DNA of 64,000 bases, taken from the NCBI RefSeq assembly GCF_964213995.1, contig NC_135808.1, positions 33,542,001-33,606,000 on the forward strand. Reading direction: 5' to 3'. Source of the DNA: Mustelus asterias (taxonomy: Eukaryota). The notes under the pieces are model-generated. The model saw nothing but the letters and a program-made list of their open reading frames with translations, ran no database searches and had not been told where the DNA came from. Shown piece by piece: positions 36,886-50,040 of the stretch (position 1 is its first letter; each line of letters begins with the position of its first letter). The translations under genes and the position numbers were made by a program.

Positions 36886-38706
36886 CTTTGGACTGCTTCA
36901 GTCTCTGAGGAATCTTGAATGGTGCTTTACATTGTCTAATATTAGTGAACATCCCCACTTCTGACCGAATGGATTTTATCAAGTGATTTGCTTTGAAACC
37001 TTAAGATATCGCTCGCTTCTCAATAAAACACCTAATTTTAAAATTTTAAAATTCAGTAAACATGATCACTTGTCCAGGGATCACAAAGTCCAATAACTGA
37101 ACACAAGCAACACAATTTGTAATCAACTATTTCATTATTTGAAGAAAACGCCTGAAACAATAAAATGAAAACGCCTTACGATGGAAATAACCTAGTACAA
37201 ATGTTAATGTTTAGCCTTTCTGCTACTACAGCTTTAGAAACCTGTTAGTAACTTTACTGACTGCTTTCTGTGACAAAGCTCTGAGATGACTATTGTAGAT
37301 TTCTTCTTCCAGCTTTGAGCTAGTTAAATCGACAGCCTCTTTCCCCCTCATGAATTCTGGTTATTACTTGTTTCTAAAATTAATTATAGATTTCCTTTGG
37401 ATATTGATATATATTGTGTTGCAAATATTTAGTTCACATTTCAGTTGGCGGGGGGGAGGCGTCAGGGGGAGGGGGAGTTTTCCGGCCATTCGTGCTGAGC
37501 GCCAAATTCTCCATCACAGCGACAGCGTGGCATGAATGGCCAATAAGATCGCACCCTGAATGTTTTAGAATATAACGCTTATTTTTAGGAATTAAAGGGT
37601 TAAAATTAAGATTAAATAGAAACATCAAGTTGAGAAATTGCTTATGCATTTCAAGTAAATGCAACTTAAACAAACTCGGAGTTGATAACAGCTAAAACCG
37701 AACATACGTTTATTTACAAGGTCAGCATTCGAAGTGAAAACACTAAATAATGGATGACCCATTTCTGGACTTGTTGGGAGAGCCAAAGTATCTATTGTTA
37801 TCTCTATAAAAGAAGTTAAAAATAGCAATTCTGAGAAAGAGGATTGCAAATCTCCCTTAGAGATAAAAATTATTCATATGGATTGCAGAATCAAAGAGTT
37901 GTACTGAAAGTAAAAGTATTTAGTTTGTACTTCTGTTTGAATATCTCAAACTATGCCATGTTGCCATGGTGATGGGCTGTGGGGGGTGAGAAGATTCCTT
38001 TGTTTAACTTATTTGCGTGTTTCTCTGGTCAGAAGCGAGCAGTTCAGTTTGGGAAGAACAGAGGCAGTTGTGTCGGCCTTATGTAGGCTACAACTCATTC
38101 AGTTTGGAAAGCCAAAGGAAATGAATGTCAGTCAGGCTGCACTTCAGCAGAGAAAATTCCAACTTTATTGCTCACCATGGGAATGCAGTGGAGGCTCAAG
38201 CTCAGTTTGGAATTCATATGATGAATGAAACTGCAAAAAATCGTAGTAAGAGAAAGAAATCTGCAGAGGTCCTCACAGTGACTTGTGATGGAAAGAGTTA
38301 GTTTGGAAGGCTGTTCGATGAGAAGGCAGATATATATCTGCCAGCAGTTAGGACAAGGAACTGAACAGTCCACTGTCATGAGGTCTTTAAAGAAAATTGG
38401 ACTTAACCAAAAGCCAATAAAAAGGTCTCCATGAATAATGTGCCTTGTAAAAGCTGAAATATTGAGGAGAATTAAAGTAAATTCCAGAGAACAGTGACAT
38501 ACCTCAGGGTTGTTCTGCCAGAAATGAATGAACCTTCAAAATTCCTGTAATATATAAGAGAGCTTGCAGAGGGAGGGGTGTATGGTGGTGCAGAGTACAA
38601 AATTGAATTAAATAGTTATAAATTTTACTGTTAAGATAATACTTTATTTGCTTATTTCATTTTACATACAATAAAGTTTGTTTTTGTATAGAAACTTGAA
38701 ATCTTG

Positions 38707-39670
38707 GAGAGGAATGCTCCCAAAAAGATTGTAAGTCTCATAACAGCGAGAACGATGGAATGATTTGCGCCGGTCTCTCAGGCACGCTCCACATCGCAAT
38801 CCTTCCACACTCAGTCACTTATTTGGGGAGATGGGAGGTTTGCATCAGTACTGACAGGGGGAGATTTAACACGTGGTGAGTTTGGCTTCTGTGCATTCAG
38901 ACACCATTTTGCGAGGGCAAACCTATCTCAGAGTGCACTGGGAGACCTCTCCTTCCCTCCACAGACATCAGGATGCAATGATCCCTCCCCCTCACCATCA
39001 TCGATGGCATGTTTTTCAACCCCCTGCCCGATGTAGGTCGCCGGTCGGGGCCCTCGCGATGGGTCCCCGTGCCCAATCCCCAGCATGCCCCCCCCCCCCG
39101 ATCAGGACCGCCTGCACAACCCCCCCCCCCCCCCCCCCAACCAACATTAAACCTCAACCCCGTCATGACTTCCACTCAGGCCCAACTCCTTGGCACTGAC
39201 CTGGCACACTATTGGTATCCAAATGGCACCGCCGGACTATCCGCTGGCCACCACCAGGCTATCTGGTGGCCACAGCTGGGCACCACGAGGTGGGCATGGC
39301 CTGTTGGGCACCACTCGGCCATTTCCCTGACCGCCTGGCGTCTTCAGTGGCCTCCAACACTCCCCACCCCCACCCCATGCCAGTGTGACCATCATGGTAG
39401 GTCTCTGCTCATGGAGACCAGTAGCGATTCTCGCCCAAAAGCCAGTGAATTCTGTGTGATGGGATTTAAATGGGCTTTGCATATTTAAATACTACTTTAC
39501 ATATGCTAATAACTCATGGCCATTCTGGGCCTGATCCAGTTCACACCATCAGGTAGGGGTCACGGGACTTGCAAACTATTTGGCGCTGGGTGTGAAACAG
39601 ATTTTTAGGCCCACACGTGATTCTCTGGAAGTGTGACTAATGCGCGGCAAGGTCGGAGAAACTCCCCCCC
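38707..39670. mobile_element. Harbinger-like MITE
   Basis: Imperfect TIRs (GGAATGCTCCC / GGAGAAACTCC), TTG on both flanks, and similarity to about 7950-9015. Confidence 0.65.
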
Positions 39671-40470
39671 TTGTGTTGTAATGCTGTCAGTTAATGACAG
39701 GGTGTGAAGATCTCTGTTCAAACATTAACGGTCTCAAACAGGATTGTAATAAATGATTGAACAATTAAATACTTATGTAACTTTAAATTAAAACAAAGAT
39801 TGAAAAAGAAAATAATTCAAATACGAAGTAGGTCAATCAGCATTTTAAATTGGGAAATACTTTGTCATATGTATAGGGAAAATTTCCAACTTCATTGGGG
39901 AGTTCCCATTGATAAATACTTGTTCAGGAGGCAGGGAGGGTCAAAATGGCAGAGCCCAATGGGCTCAAAACTGTAGTAGGAGGGTGAAGGAACTTCTCAG
40001 GTTCTGTCTTTGAAATTAGCTAGTTAATTGAACTCATTAATATTCACATTATATTTTTCCTCAATGTCTTTTCCAACCTTCTCCCAGGATAAGTTCCAAC
40101 TTGAAATGTTGTTTGCTGACTTTGCTGAGTATTCATCAGCAAACTCTCTGTTGCACTTGTAGTAAACCCATTTCCAAAAAGGTGTTTCAATGCTGGTATC
40201 AGCAGGAATATTCCAGTTACTGAATTGGTCATTGTGATCTCTGCTATGCTCATAACAAAATGATTCCCAGTTGGTGTCTTTAATCCCGGAAGGAACGTCA
40301 CCTCCAACATACACTGTACAATTCTTTGACGTGGCGAATTTTGGAGCAAAGTGCCGTCCATATTTGTTCAGCCTTCTGATCCGGTGATACTCAGCACTGT
40401 GCTGTGAGTACTCCTTGTTTTTACAATCACATAGGACACTACAGAAGGGATACTGCTTCCCATAGCCACC

Positions 40471-42683
40471 TTGATTTGATTTATTATTGTCACATGTATA
40501 CAGTGAAAAGTATGGTTTCTTGCGTGCTACACAGACAAAGCATACCGCTCATAGAGAAGGAAAGGAAAGAGTGCAGAATATAGTGTTACAGTCATTGCTA
40601 GGGTGTAGAGAAGGATCAACTTAATGCAAGGTAGGTCCATTCAAAAGTCTGATGGCAGCAGGGAAGAAGCTGTTCTTGAGCCAATTGGTACGTGATCTCA
40701 GACTTTTGTATCTTTTTCCTGACAGAAGAAGGTGGAAGAGAGATTATCCGGGGTGCGTGGGGTCCTTAGTTATGCTGGCTGCTTTGCTGAGGCCGCAGGA
40801 AGTGTAGGCAGAGTCAATGGATGCGAGGCTGGTTTGCGTGATGGACTTGGCTTCATTCACGACCCTTTAAATTTTCTTGTGATCTTGGGCAGAGCAGGAG
40901 CCATACCAAGCTGTGAAAGAATGCATTCTATGGTGCATCTGTAAAAGTTGGTGAGAGTTGTAGCTGACATGCCAAATTTTCTTAGTCTTCTGAGAAAGTA
41001 GGGGCATTGGTGGGCTTTCTTAACTATCATGTCAGCATGGAGGGACCAGGACAGGTTGTTGGTGGTCTGGACACCTAAAAACTTGAAGCTTTCGAGCATT
41101 TCTACTTCGTCCCCATTGATGTAGACAGGGGCATGTTCTCCACTATGTTTCCTGAAGTTGATGACTATTTTCTTCGTTTTGTTGACATTGAGGGAGAGAT
41201 TATTGTCGTTGCACGAGTTCACCAGATTCTCTATCTCATTCCTGCACTCTGTCTCATTGTTTGAGATCCGACTCACTATGATGGTGTCATCAGCAAACTT
41301 GAAATTCGAGTTGGAGGGGAATTTGGCCACACAGTCATAGGTGTATAGAGAGTATAGTAGGGGGCTGAGGTCCCACAGCCTTGTGGGGCACCGGTGTTGA
41401 GGACTATCATGGAGATCCAGTATCCTTACTGATTGCGGACTGTGGGTTAGGATGTTCAGGATCCAGTCACAGAGGGAGGGGCTGAGCCCCAGGCCACTGA
41501 GTTTGAAGATGAGTTTCATAGGAATAATGGTTGTTGAAAGCTAAGCTGTAGTCAATAAATAGGAGTCTGACATAGGTTTCTTTGTTATCTAGGTGTTCCA
41601 GGGTTGAGTGCAGAGCCAGGGAGATGCTGTCTGCTGTGGACCTGTTGCGGCGGTAGGCAAACTAGTGGATCCAGGCAATCTGGGAGGCTGGAATTGATTC
41701 GTGCCATGACTAACCTTTCAAAGCACTTCATAATGATGTATGTCAGAGCCACCGGCCAATAGTCATTAAAGCACGCTGCTTGGCTTTTCTTAGGTACCAG
41801 AATGATGGTTGTCTTCTTCAAGCAGGTAGGGACCTCCCATTGTTGTAAAAAGAGGTTGAAGATGTCGGCAAATACAACCGCCAGCTGATCCGTGCAGGAT
41901 CTGAGTGCTCGTCCAGGTACCCCATCCAGGCCAGTTGTGGGTTGACCTTTGAGAAGGCTGCTCTGACATCTGCAGGGTGACCTCAGATACAGGTTCATCC
42001 AGGGCTTCCAGGGTGGAGGGCATGCTCTCGCTGACCTCTTGCTCAAAACGAACATTGAATGCATTGAGCTCATCAGGGAGGGATGAGTTGAAGCGATTTT
42101 ATATGCCTTCATCTTGTAGTTTGTTATGTCTTGCAGATCTTGCCATAGTTGGCAGGGGTCCATGTGGCTAGCCTGGGACTCTAGCTTGGTCCTTTTGGCA
42201 TCTTTGATGGATCTCCTTAGATCATATCTAGTTTTCTTGTATAGGTCAGGGTCGCCTGACTTGAACATCTCAGACCTAGACTTCAACAAGCAGTGGATAT
42301 CCCTGTTCATTCATGGTTTCCGGTTGGGGAAAACACGGATTTGCTTCTTTGGCATGGTTTTCTGCATACTTACTAATGAAGTCAGTTACTGTAGTGGCAT
42401 ACTCGTTCAGGTAATTTACAGAGTTTTTAAATATTGACCAGTTCACTGACTCTAAGCAGTCTCATAGGAGATCATCCAATCCCTCAGACAAACATTGCAC
42501 GACTTTCTTTGACAGATTCTCCCATTTCATGTTTTGCTTGTAAGCCGGGAGCAGGAGCACAGCCTTGTGGTCTGATTTGCCAAAGTGTGGGTGGGCGATA
42601 GAGCGGTCGGCATATCTGATATTTATGTAGCAATGGTCTAGGATCTTTGGGCCTCTGGTGGAACAGGAGACGTGTTGGTGGTA
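40471..42683 (-). mobile_element. Rex1/Babar-clade LINE inserted into the GVIN pseudogene
   Basis: GKSDHKAVLLLPAYKQ, NDYWPVALT, KFADDT and LNVNKTK motifs; (CAAAT)n tail at about 40471-40480. Confidence 0.9.
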
Positions 42684-42980
42684 CAATTCACTGGATAGAT
42701 CTGTGATGAGAACAGTGATTTTCCCAGCAATATCTTTCTCCCAATTATTAACCCTTTCAGTCAGATCATTTATACTGTAACATTTTGAATTTTTTGCTGA
42801 AAGGTCTCTGGGTCAATCTTTTCAGACTGAAAAGTAACAGACCCAAACTTCTGTGGAATCTGTATCTCATTGCACAGTTTCTCTTTAAATATCCGAATAA
42901 TACCTGAATTCTGATCATTTGGGGGTGTTATATCCTTTAGAGTTTCACTCACCCGACTGATAAACCCCTGTAGAATATCA

Positions 42981-43620
42981 GGGCCCGATCATTCTCAGTG
43001 GGTGGGGGGGGGGGGAGGCCTGATCATTCTCTGGTGGGGGTGAGGGGGAGGCCCGATCATTCTCTGGTGGGGGGGAGGGAGGCCAGATGGATCTCTGGTG
43101 GGAGGGGGGGAGGCCAGATGGATCTCTGGTGGGGAGGGGGTGGGGGGCGGGGGGAGGCCAGATGGATCTCTGGTGGGGGGAGGGGGGAGGGGTGGTCCGC
43201 TGCCACTCTGTGGGCAATCGGTGGGGGACAAAGGGGGCAGAGGGTCGCGATCGGTCTGGTTAGCGGGGTGGGGGGTGGGTGGATAAGGGGGAAAGTTATG
43301 TTGTAGGGGTGGGGGTGATGTCTGTGAGGGCCTGGGGGTGATGTCTGTGAGGGCCATCGCTCCTGGGCCGATTTATCTGCTTTTTGCGGCCCAGGAGCGA
43401 TGTGACGGTGGCGCGATTTTCAATTTTTTTCCTAACTGCGCATGCGCAGTTCAGAGCTCCGATCGTTTCAGGCACGATAAGCCCCACCCACAGCGTGATT
43501 CAGACTTGCGTTTTTTTTTCAGGCTGAGTGCGTATTGGGGCGCCTGAGAGCAGATTTCCAAGTCGGATCTGAATTGCGCCCAGATTCAGCACTTAGAATG
43601 AAAATGGGAAAATCGGGCCC
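42981..43620 (-). mobile_element. Truncated Harbinger-like MITE (family of 54787-55794)
   Basis: The right end AAAATGGGAAAATCGGGCCC is the reverse complement of the left TIR at 54787. The left end breaks off within internal G-rich repeats. Confidence 0.8.
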
Positions 43621-45171
43621 GGGTGTTTCTGGATTTTCTCATCTATTATTCGCTGCAATTATTAGAGTCGTAATCCCGTTCCTGGTTCTGTGTCTGTATC
43701 ACAAACTGTTTACACTCCCACACCCACTGATCTGTAAGCTGCTGGGCACTTTCAATGTCTTTATTATTTTGTCCCATCAACACTTTAATATGTGTTCGGA
43801 ACAAATGATGTTGACTAATGAAAAAATTCCAAGTCACTCTGTTCAGGCAGGGTTTTCTTGATAAATTTCTGTTTGAGGAGCTTGGTGTCTGCCGGCATAT
43901 TCTGATTAAGACCCGCTTCTATGTCATTCATAATATTGACTCTCGGTGAAGAAGAACGTTTAAATGTTCAAATTGTTTCAATTGTCCTTTATCCATTTTC
44001 CTATCTTCTTGCCTACACTGTCAGAGAAGTTTATTAACTTGTTCTTCAATCGGACTGATAATTGTCCTTAATATCATTCAGCTCCTTCCTATCTCTCTGC
44101 CTTGCACTGCCTCATCACATTTCCTGTCCATATACATCCCACATCTGAAGGCCTCATTTTGCACTCTCCACTCTTGATATCTGATCCCGCCCAAGACCTA
44201 TCTGCTTACTTTAAAAGTTACCTTCCCCCTGGCCTGCTATTTTTCAATAGGACCTTTAAACTGACCTGCTCTATGCCAGCTAATGCCTGTGAAAAAGATA
44301 TGTGTCTTCCTTTGGTCCAATTCTTTTAGACTGCGGTTCTGGACCTGGGGACATGATGCACTGCCTGGATCTCGTGCAACCTGAGCCAGGGAGGTAGGGC
44401 AAGACAGACACTGAAGAAATTTAGTGTAGGTAAGTGGCTATGGAGTGACAATCTAACACTGATTGCCACTGTGAAGGAATTGTACCCCATATCTCCTTTT
44501 TCTCTAATGCAGTGATATAAACTGAGGGTATAGTTTGAACTATGTTAGTTAAAAGTGAATCTAAAAAAAATTCTCTAATGCATTTAAATAGCACCTTTGA
44601 CATAGCAAAATATTCCAAGGAGGAGAATTATCAAACAAAATTTGATACAGTAAAGGAATAGTTTGGTCACACGGGAATGTTTGAAGGAATGAAGGTTTGC
44701 GGGGCAGGCTTGAAGGGCCAGATGGCCTACTCCTGCTCCTATTTCTTATTTCTTATGAATTTAAGGGAAGAGATAATTCCAGAGATTGGGCGTGGTTGAA
44801 GGCACAGCCATCAATTGTGGAGCAATTATAATTGGAGGTGCTCAAGACTCCAGCATTGGTGGAGTCCAGATGACAAGAACAAATTATATTTATATAGTGT
44901 TCTTTAGCATAGTAACATATCTCAAGGTGCTTCGCTGGAGAATTATCTAGCACAATTTGACAACAAGCCACAGAATATTAAGGGCAGAGGGTAGAACTTA
45001 TGTTAATTATGCAAATTTCTCTACATCAAAAAGCCATCAATACAAAAACCAGTGGGATGGATGCTTTCCTCCGAGAGGGTGGGATGGGGCTTCCTATGAT
45101 TTGACAGGGTTGAGGGGCTTTTCTATACTCCAAAAAGGTGAAGTTGATAATGGAGACCTGGCTCAAAAAAA

Positions 45172-45780
45172 AATGGTACATTGGGGAAACCATGCAGATG
45201 CTACGACAATGGATGAACGAACACCGCTCGACAATCACCAGGCAAGACTGTTCTCTTCCTGTGGGGGAGCACTTCAGCAGTCACGGGCATTCAGCCTTGG
45301 ATCTTCAGGCAAGCGTTCTCCAAGGCGGCCTTCACGACACACGACAGCGTAGAGTCGCTGAGCAGAAACTGATAGCCAAGTTCCGCACACATGAGGACGG
45401 CCTAAACCGGGATGTTGAATTTATGTCACATTATCAGTAACCCCCACAGCTTGTCTCCGGGGCTTGCAGAATCTCACTAGCTGTTCTGTCTGGAGACAAT
45501 ACACATCTCTTTAACCTGTGTTTAATGCTCCCTCCACCCACATTGTCTGTATCTTTAAGACCTGGCTGGCTGTAGGGATTCGCATTCTAATCAGTATTCT
45601 GTAACTTGATTTTGTGTCTGTTTGCACTGTTTGAGAGCACATTTCCACTCCATCTGACGAAGGAGCATTGCTCCGAAAGCTTATGGTATTTGCTACCAAA
45701 TAAACCAGTTGGACTTTAACCTGGTGTTGTGAGACTTCTTACTGTGTTCACCCCAGTCCAACGCCGGCATCTCCACATCA
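45172..45780 (+). mobile_element. Penelope-like element 3' part (GIY-YIG endonuclease C-terminus + pLTR)
   Basis: WYIGETMQMLRQWMNEHRSTI...PVGEHFS...AEQKLIAKFRTHEDGLNRD. Confidence 0.9.
45650..45686 (+). ncRNA. Minimal type I hammerhead ribozyme (Penelope-associated)
   Basis: CCAT-CTGACGA-A-GGAGC-ATT-GCTCC-GAAA-GCT-T-ATGG: intact core, perfect 5-bp stem II, palindromic AGCT helix III, and CCAT/ATGG stem I. Confidence 0.75.
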
Positions 45781-46766
45781 AAAAAAGGACACATTTGGTA
45801 TCTAAATGTTGATAGTAAGAAGTCCACAACAGCAGGTAAAGTCCAACTTTAACTTGGACTTTAACCTGGTGTTGTGAGACTTCTTACTGTGCCCACCCAA
45901 GTCCAACGCCGACATCTCCACATCATTAATATTCATAGACACAAGGTTTTCAAGTAGTAAAGTGTAGATAGGGATCATTTAGGGAACAGTGGTCATAATA
46001 TCCTAATGTTACATATCCATGAATGACAACATTCTAAAGTAAATTGAGTAGACTGGGATTGCATTCTCGAGAATTGAAGAATGAGAGTTGATCTCATTGA
46101 AATATACAACATTTGGTTACAACATGAGATTATTCATGAAGACCCTGCCTTCTCAACCTTCCCCCTCCTAAGGTGAGGTGAGCCTCAGTTTACAATCTTC
46201 ATCACTCAGCTCTCCCCTTCAAAGGGGAGAGCAGCCTGAGGTCATCTGGGATTGTGGTGACTTTACCTTTTTACAGCTTTTCGACAGGGTTTGACAGGGT
46301 ATTTTTTTATTCATTCAATGGATGTGGGTGACACTTGCAGGGCCAGCATTTATTGCTCATCCCTAATTGTCCTTGAACTGAGTGGCAGTGGATATAGGAA
46401 GAATGTTTCCCATGGCGGGGATGTCTAGAACCAAAGGATGAAGTCTCAGAATAAGGGGTAGGCCATTTAGGACCTAAAAAATTCACCTGTACACATTTCA
46501 AGAAATCTGCTCCACCCAAGTTCTTTACATCTATATCTGTCCCAATTCATGTTGAGAAAGTTGAAATGACCCAATATGATTACCCTACATTATTGTTTTT
46601 ACACACATTCATGAGCTGTGCACATACTTGCTTCTCAATTTCCTGCTGACTATCTGGGGGTCTATAATAAACACCTAGAAATATGCCTGCCCCTTTTTTA
46701 TTCCTAAGCTCTACCCACAAAGCATCATTTGATGCCCCCTCTAAGATATCATCTCTCCTTATAGCA

Positions 46767-48564
46767 CAGTAAAGAGTCTCACAACACCAGGTTAAAGTCC
46801 AACAGGTTTATTTGGTAGCATGAGCTTTTGGAGCACTACCCCTTCATCAGGTGAGTGAATGATTTGCTTCACAAACAAGGCACATATAGACACAAACTCA
46901 ATTACAAGTTAATGGTTGGAATGCGAGTCTGAACAGGTAATCAAGTCTTTACAGGTGCAGACAATGCAAGTGGAGAGAGGGTTAAGCACAGGTTAAAGAG
47001 GTGTGAATTGTCTCAAGTCAGGACAGTTCGTGAGATTTTGCAAGCCCAGGCAAGTCGTGGGGGTTACAGATAGTGTGACCTGAACCCAAGATCCCGGTTT
47101 AGGCCATCTTTATGTGTACGGAACTTGGCTATCAGTTTCTGCTCGGCGATTCTGCGTTGTGTGTCTTGAAGGCCGCCTTGGAGAACGCTTACCCGAAGAT
47201 CAGAGACTGAATGCCCTTGACTGCTGAAGTGTTCCCCGACAGGAAGGGAACACTCCTGCCTGGTGATTGTCGAGCGGTGTTCATTCATCCGTTGTTGTAG
47301 CATCTGCATGGTCTCGCCAATGCCTCGGGACATCCTTTCCTGTAGCGTATCAGGTAGACAACATTGGCCGAGTCGCAAGAGTATGCACCGTGTACCTGGT
47401 GTTGTCACTTGAGATGATGGCATCCGTGTCGATGATCCGGCAGGTTTTGCAGAGGTTGCTGTGGCAGGGTTGTGTGGTGTCGAGGTCACTTCTCCTGAAG
47501 GCTGAGTAGTTTGCTGCGTACAATAGTCTGTTTGAGGTTGTGCGGTTGTCTAAAGGCAAGTAGTGGGGGTGTGGGGATGGCCTTGGTGAGATGTTCATCG
47601 ATGACATGTTGAAGGTCCGGAGAAAATGTCGTAGCTTCTCCGCTCTGGGGAAGTACTGGGCGACGAAGGGTACTCTGTCCGCCATGTCCCGTGTTTGTCT
47701 TCTGAGGAGGTCGGTGTGGTTTTTTGCTGTGGCATGTCGGACTGTCGATCGATGAGTTGAGCACCTTCAGGGGAATGGTGACCGCGACACCACACAACCC
47801 TGCCACAGCAATCTCTGCAAAACCTGCCGGATCATCAACACGAATGCCATAATCTCACATGAGACCACCATCCACCAGGTACACGGTACATACTTTCGCG
47901 ACTCGGCCAACGTAGTCTACCTGATACGCTGCAGGAAACGATGTCCCGAGGCATGGTACATTGGGGAGACCATGCAGATGCTATGACAACGGATGAATGA
48001 ACACCACTCAACAATCACCAGGCAGGAGTGTTCCCTTCCTGTCAGGGAACACTTCAGCAGTCAAGAAAGGGCATTCAACCTCTGATCTTCGGGTAAGCCC
48101 ACTCCAAGGCGGCCTTCAAGACACACAACAAAGCAGAGTTGCTGAGCAGGAACTGATAGCCAAGTTCCGCACACATGAGGACGGCCTCAACCGGGATCTT
48201 GGGTTCATGTCACACTATCTGTAACCCGCACAACTTGCCTGGGCTTGCAAACCCTCACTAACTGTCCTGACTTGAGACAATTCACACCTCTTTAACCTGT
48301 GCTTAACCCTCTCTCCACTCGCATTGTCTGCACCTGTAAAGACTTGATTACCTGTTCAGACTTGCATTCCAACCATTAACTTGTAATTGAGTTTGTGTCT
48401 ATATATGCCCTGTTTGTGAAACAAATCCTACACTCACCTGATGAAGGGGCAGCGCCCTGAAAGCTCGTGCCACCAAATAAACCTGTTGGACTTTAACCTG
48501 GTGTTGTGAGACTACTTACTATGCTTACCCCAGTCCAACGCCGGCATCTCCATATCATGGCTAC
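46767..48564. mobile_element. Penelope-like insertion with inverted arrangement (minus 46767-~47765, plus ~47770-48564) inside a CR1 fragment
   Basis: GIY-YIG ORF pieces on both strands, arms of about 700 bp inverted, and flanking direct repeat CTCCTTATAGCA (46755-46766) / CTCCTTATTGCA (48565-48576). Confidence 0.88.
48435..48469 (+). ncRNA. Minimal type I hammerhead ribozyme (Penelope-associated)
   Basis: CAC-CTGATGA-A-GGGGC-AGC-GCCCT-GAAA-GCT-C-GTG: intact core and CAC/GTG stem I. Confidence 0.7.
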
Positions 48565-49289
48565 CTCCTTATTGCAGTAACTGACTCCTTAACTAACAAT
48601 GCAATGCCTCCTCCTCTTTTACCCGCTCCTTTATCTCGCCTGAAAATTCTATATTTTGAGTTGCCATTCGTGTCCTTTCTTCAACCACGTCACTGTAATG
48701 GTTACTATATCACACTTCCATGTGTCAATCATTGCCCTCAACTCATCCGTTTTACCTGCAATACTCCTGGCGTTTAAGTAGAAGCTATCCAACCTTGCCT
48801 TACTCCCTTGAAACTTAATACAGCTACACTCCCTCTGACTTGATTGTTTTACTGTATTATGTTGTGTCCCTATTCTGCTAACAGCCTGAGTCCTCTGCTC
48901 CTGCTGAATTAGTTTAAACTCCTCCCAGCAGCTCTAGCAAAGGATGTTAGTCCCATTTTGGTTCAGATGTAGACTGTCCTGCTTGTACAGGTCCCACCTT
49001 TCCCAGAAATTGTCCCAGTGACCCAGGAATCTAAAACCCTCCCTCCTGCAGCAACCCACACATTCATCTGTGCTATTCTATTTTTGTGCTTGTTAGCACA
49101 TGGCACTGAGAGAAATCCATAGATTACAACCCAAGAGATCCTGTTTTTAAGTCCACTGCCTAACTCTCTGAATTCTTGATGCAAGACCTCATCCCTCTTC
49201 CTATCTATGTCACTGGTACCAACATGTCACCCTCCCCCTTCAAGATGCCCTGCAGCTGTTCAGTGAAGTCCCGGATTCTATTCTGACAG

Positions 49290-50040
49290 CAAAAAAAGAG
49301 AAACTGTAGTGATTTGAGGAAAAGCTCCAATGTGTTCAATAACAGAGTGTTAAGCTGGTGAAAATGTCAATTAATTCTTGCAAAGAGCTGGAAATCAAGG
49401 TTGGAATGCTGATGGAGTCATGTCAACATGAGACAAATGGACTAAGAATAAAACTTGCACATACTGTGACTGAGAATCAGAAGAACTGCTTAATCATCAG
49501 ATACAAACAAGTCAGCTCCCAACTGGGTGAGAGATTGGGAAGGCAACATTGGGAAATAAAGCCGAGTTGTAACAAATTTGGAAACAGGTTGAAGACTGTG
49601 ATCACTGCAAAGAATTATTTTAACAAAAATGGGCCATTTAAAATTGTCAGTTATTTAAGGGTACTTCAGATGAATATCAAGATAAAAGAGAATTATTTTT
49701 TTTTAAACTGCAGGAGATGCAACTGGAAATGGCTCAGACCAAACTGAGTGCAAAACACAGGTGGAGGAGAAAGCAGATTCATTAAATAAAGAACTACTCT
49801 TGTCCAAGCTGAAGATTTCTTGATACTGAAGATGAAAGGAAGAGATTAGTAAATGAAAGAGATGTGTGAGAACTGGACAAAGAAGCAATTCAGGCAGAGA
49901 AGGAAACTGGCATTACATGCCAGAACAAGAATGCCGAAATGGTCACACTAATAGAAAAACAGAAGAACAAATATGATAACATGGTCAATGGAATAGAAAT
50001 ACTAAGAAGAGAAGGAACTTTATCACATGATCTCAGTACT
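49290..50040 (+). pseudogene. SYCP1: SYCP1-like coiled-coil processed pseudogene fragment
   Basis: 49879-49998 translates KEAIQAEKETGITCQNKNAEMVTLIEKQKNKYDNMVNGIE, resembling the recalled SYCP1 C-terminal coiled-coil end (EAVKLQKEIDKRCQHKIAEMVALMEKHKHQYDKII). The upstream A/G-rich sequence has E/K/Q-rich broken frames. Confidence 0.6.

Larger units (their letters stand above)
40024..44135 (-). pseudogene. GVIN1: Interferon-induced very large GTPase (GVIN1/VLIG-1 family) C-terminal pseudogene in three blocks: 43621-44135, 42684-42980, 40024-40470
   Basis: Reading across the insertions gives KCDEAVQ...IEEQVNKLL*QCRQEDRK...; WECKQFVIQTQNQERDYDS/LQRIIDEKI; ...DLSSELY | GGYGKQYPFCSVLCDC...HSAEYHR...NWNIPADTSIETPFWKWVYYKCNREFADEYSAKSA...W. 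This matches the recalled GVIN C-terminus (GCGKQCPFC...HRPxGL...W.I.PD.SI....YWK.V...FN..FA..Y.AKPA). Stops and frameshifts are present. The symbol denotes the family, not orthology. Confidence 0.8.

Noticed and set aside
49358-49747. 129-aa ORF as an independent gene
   Set aside because: It is a frame-mixed part of the decayed SYCP1-like retrocopy.
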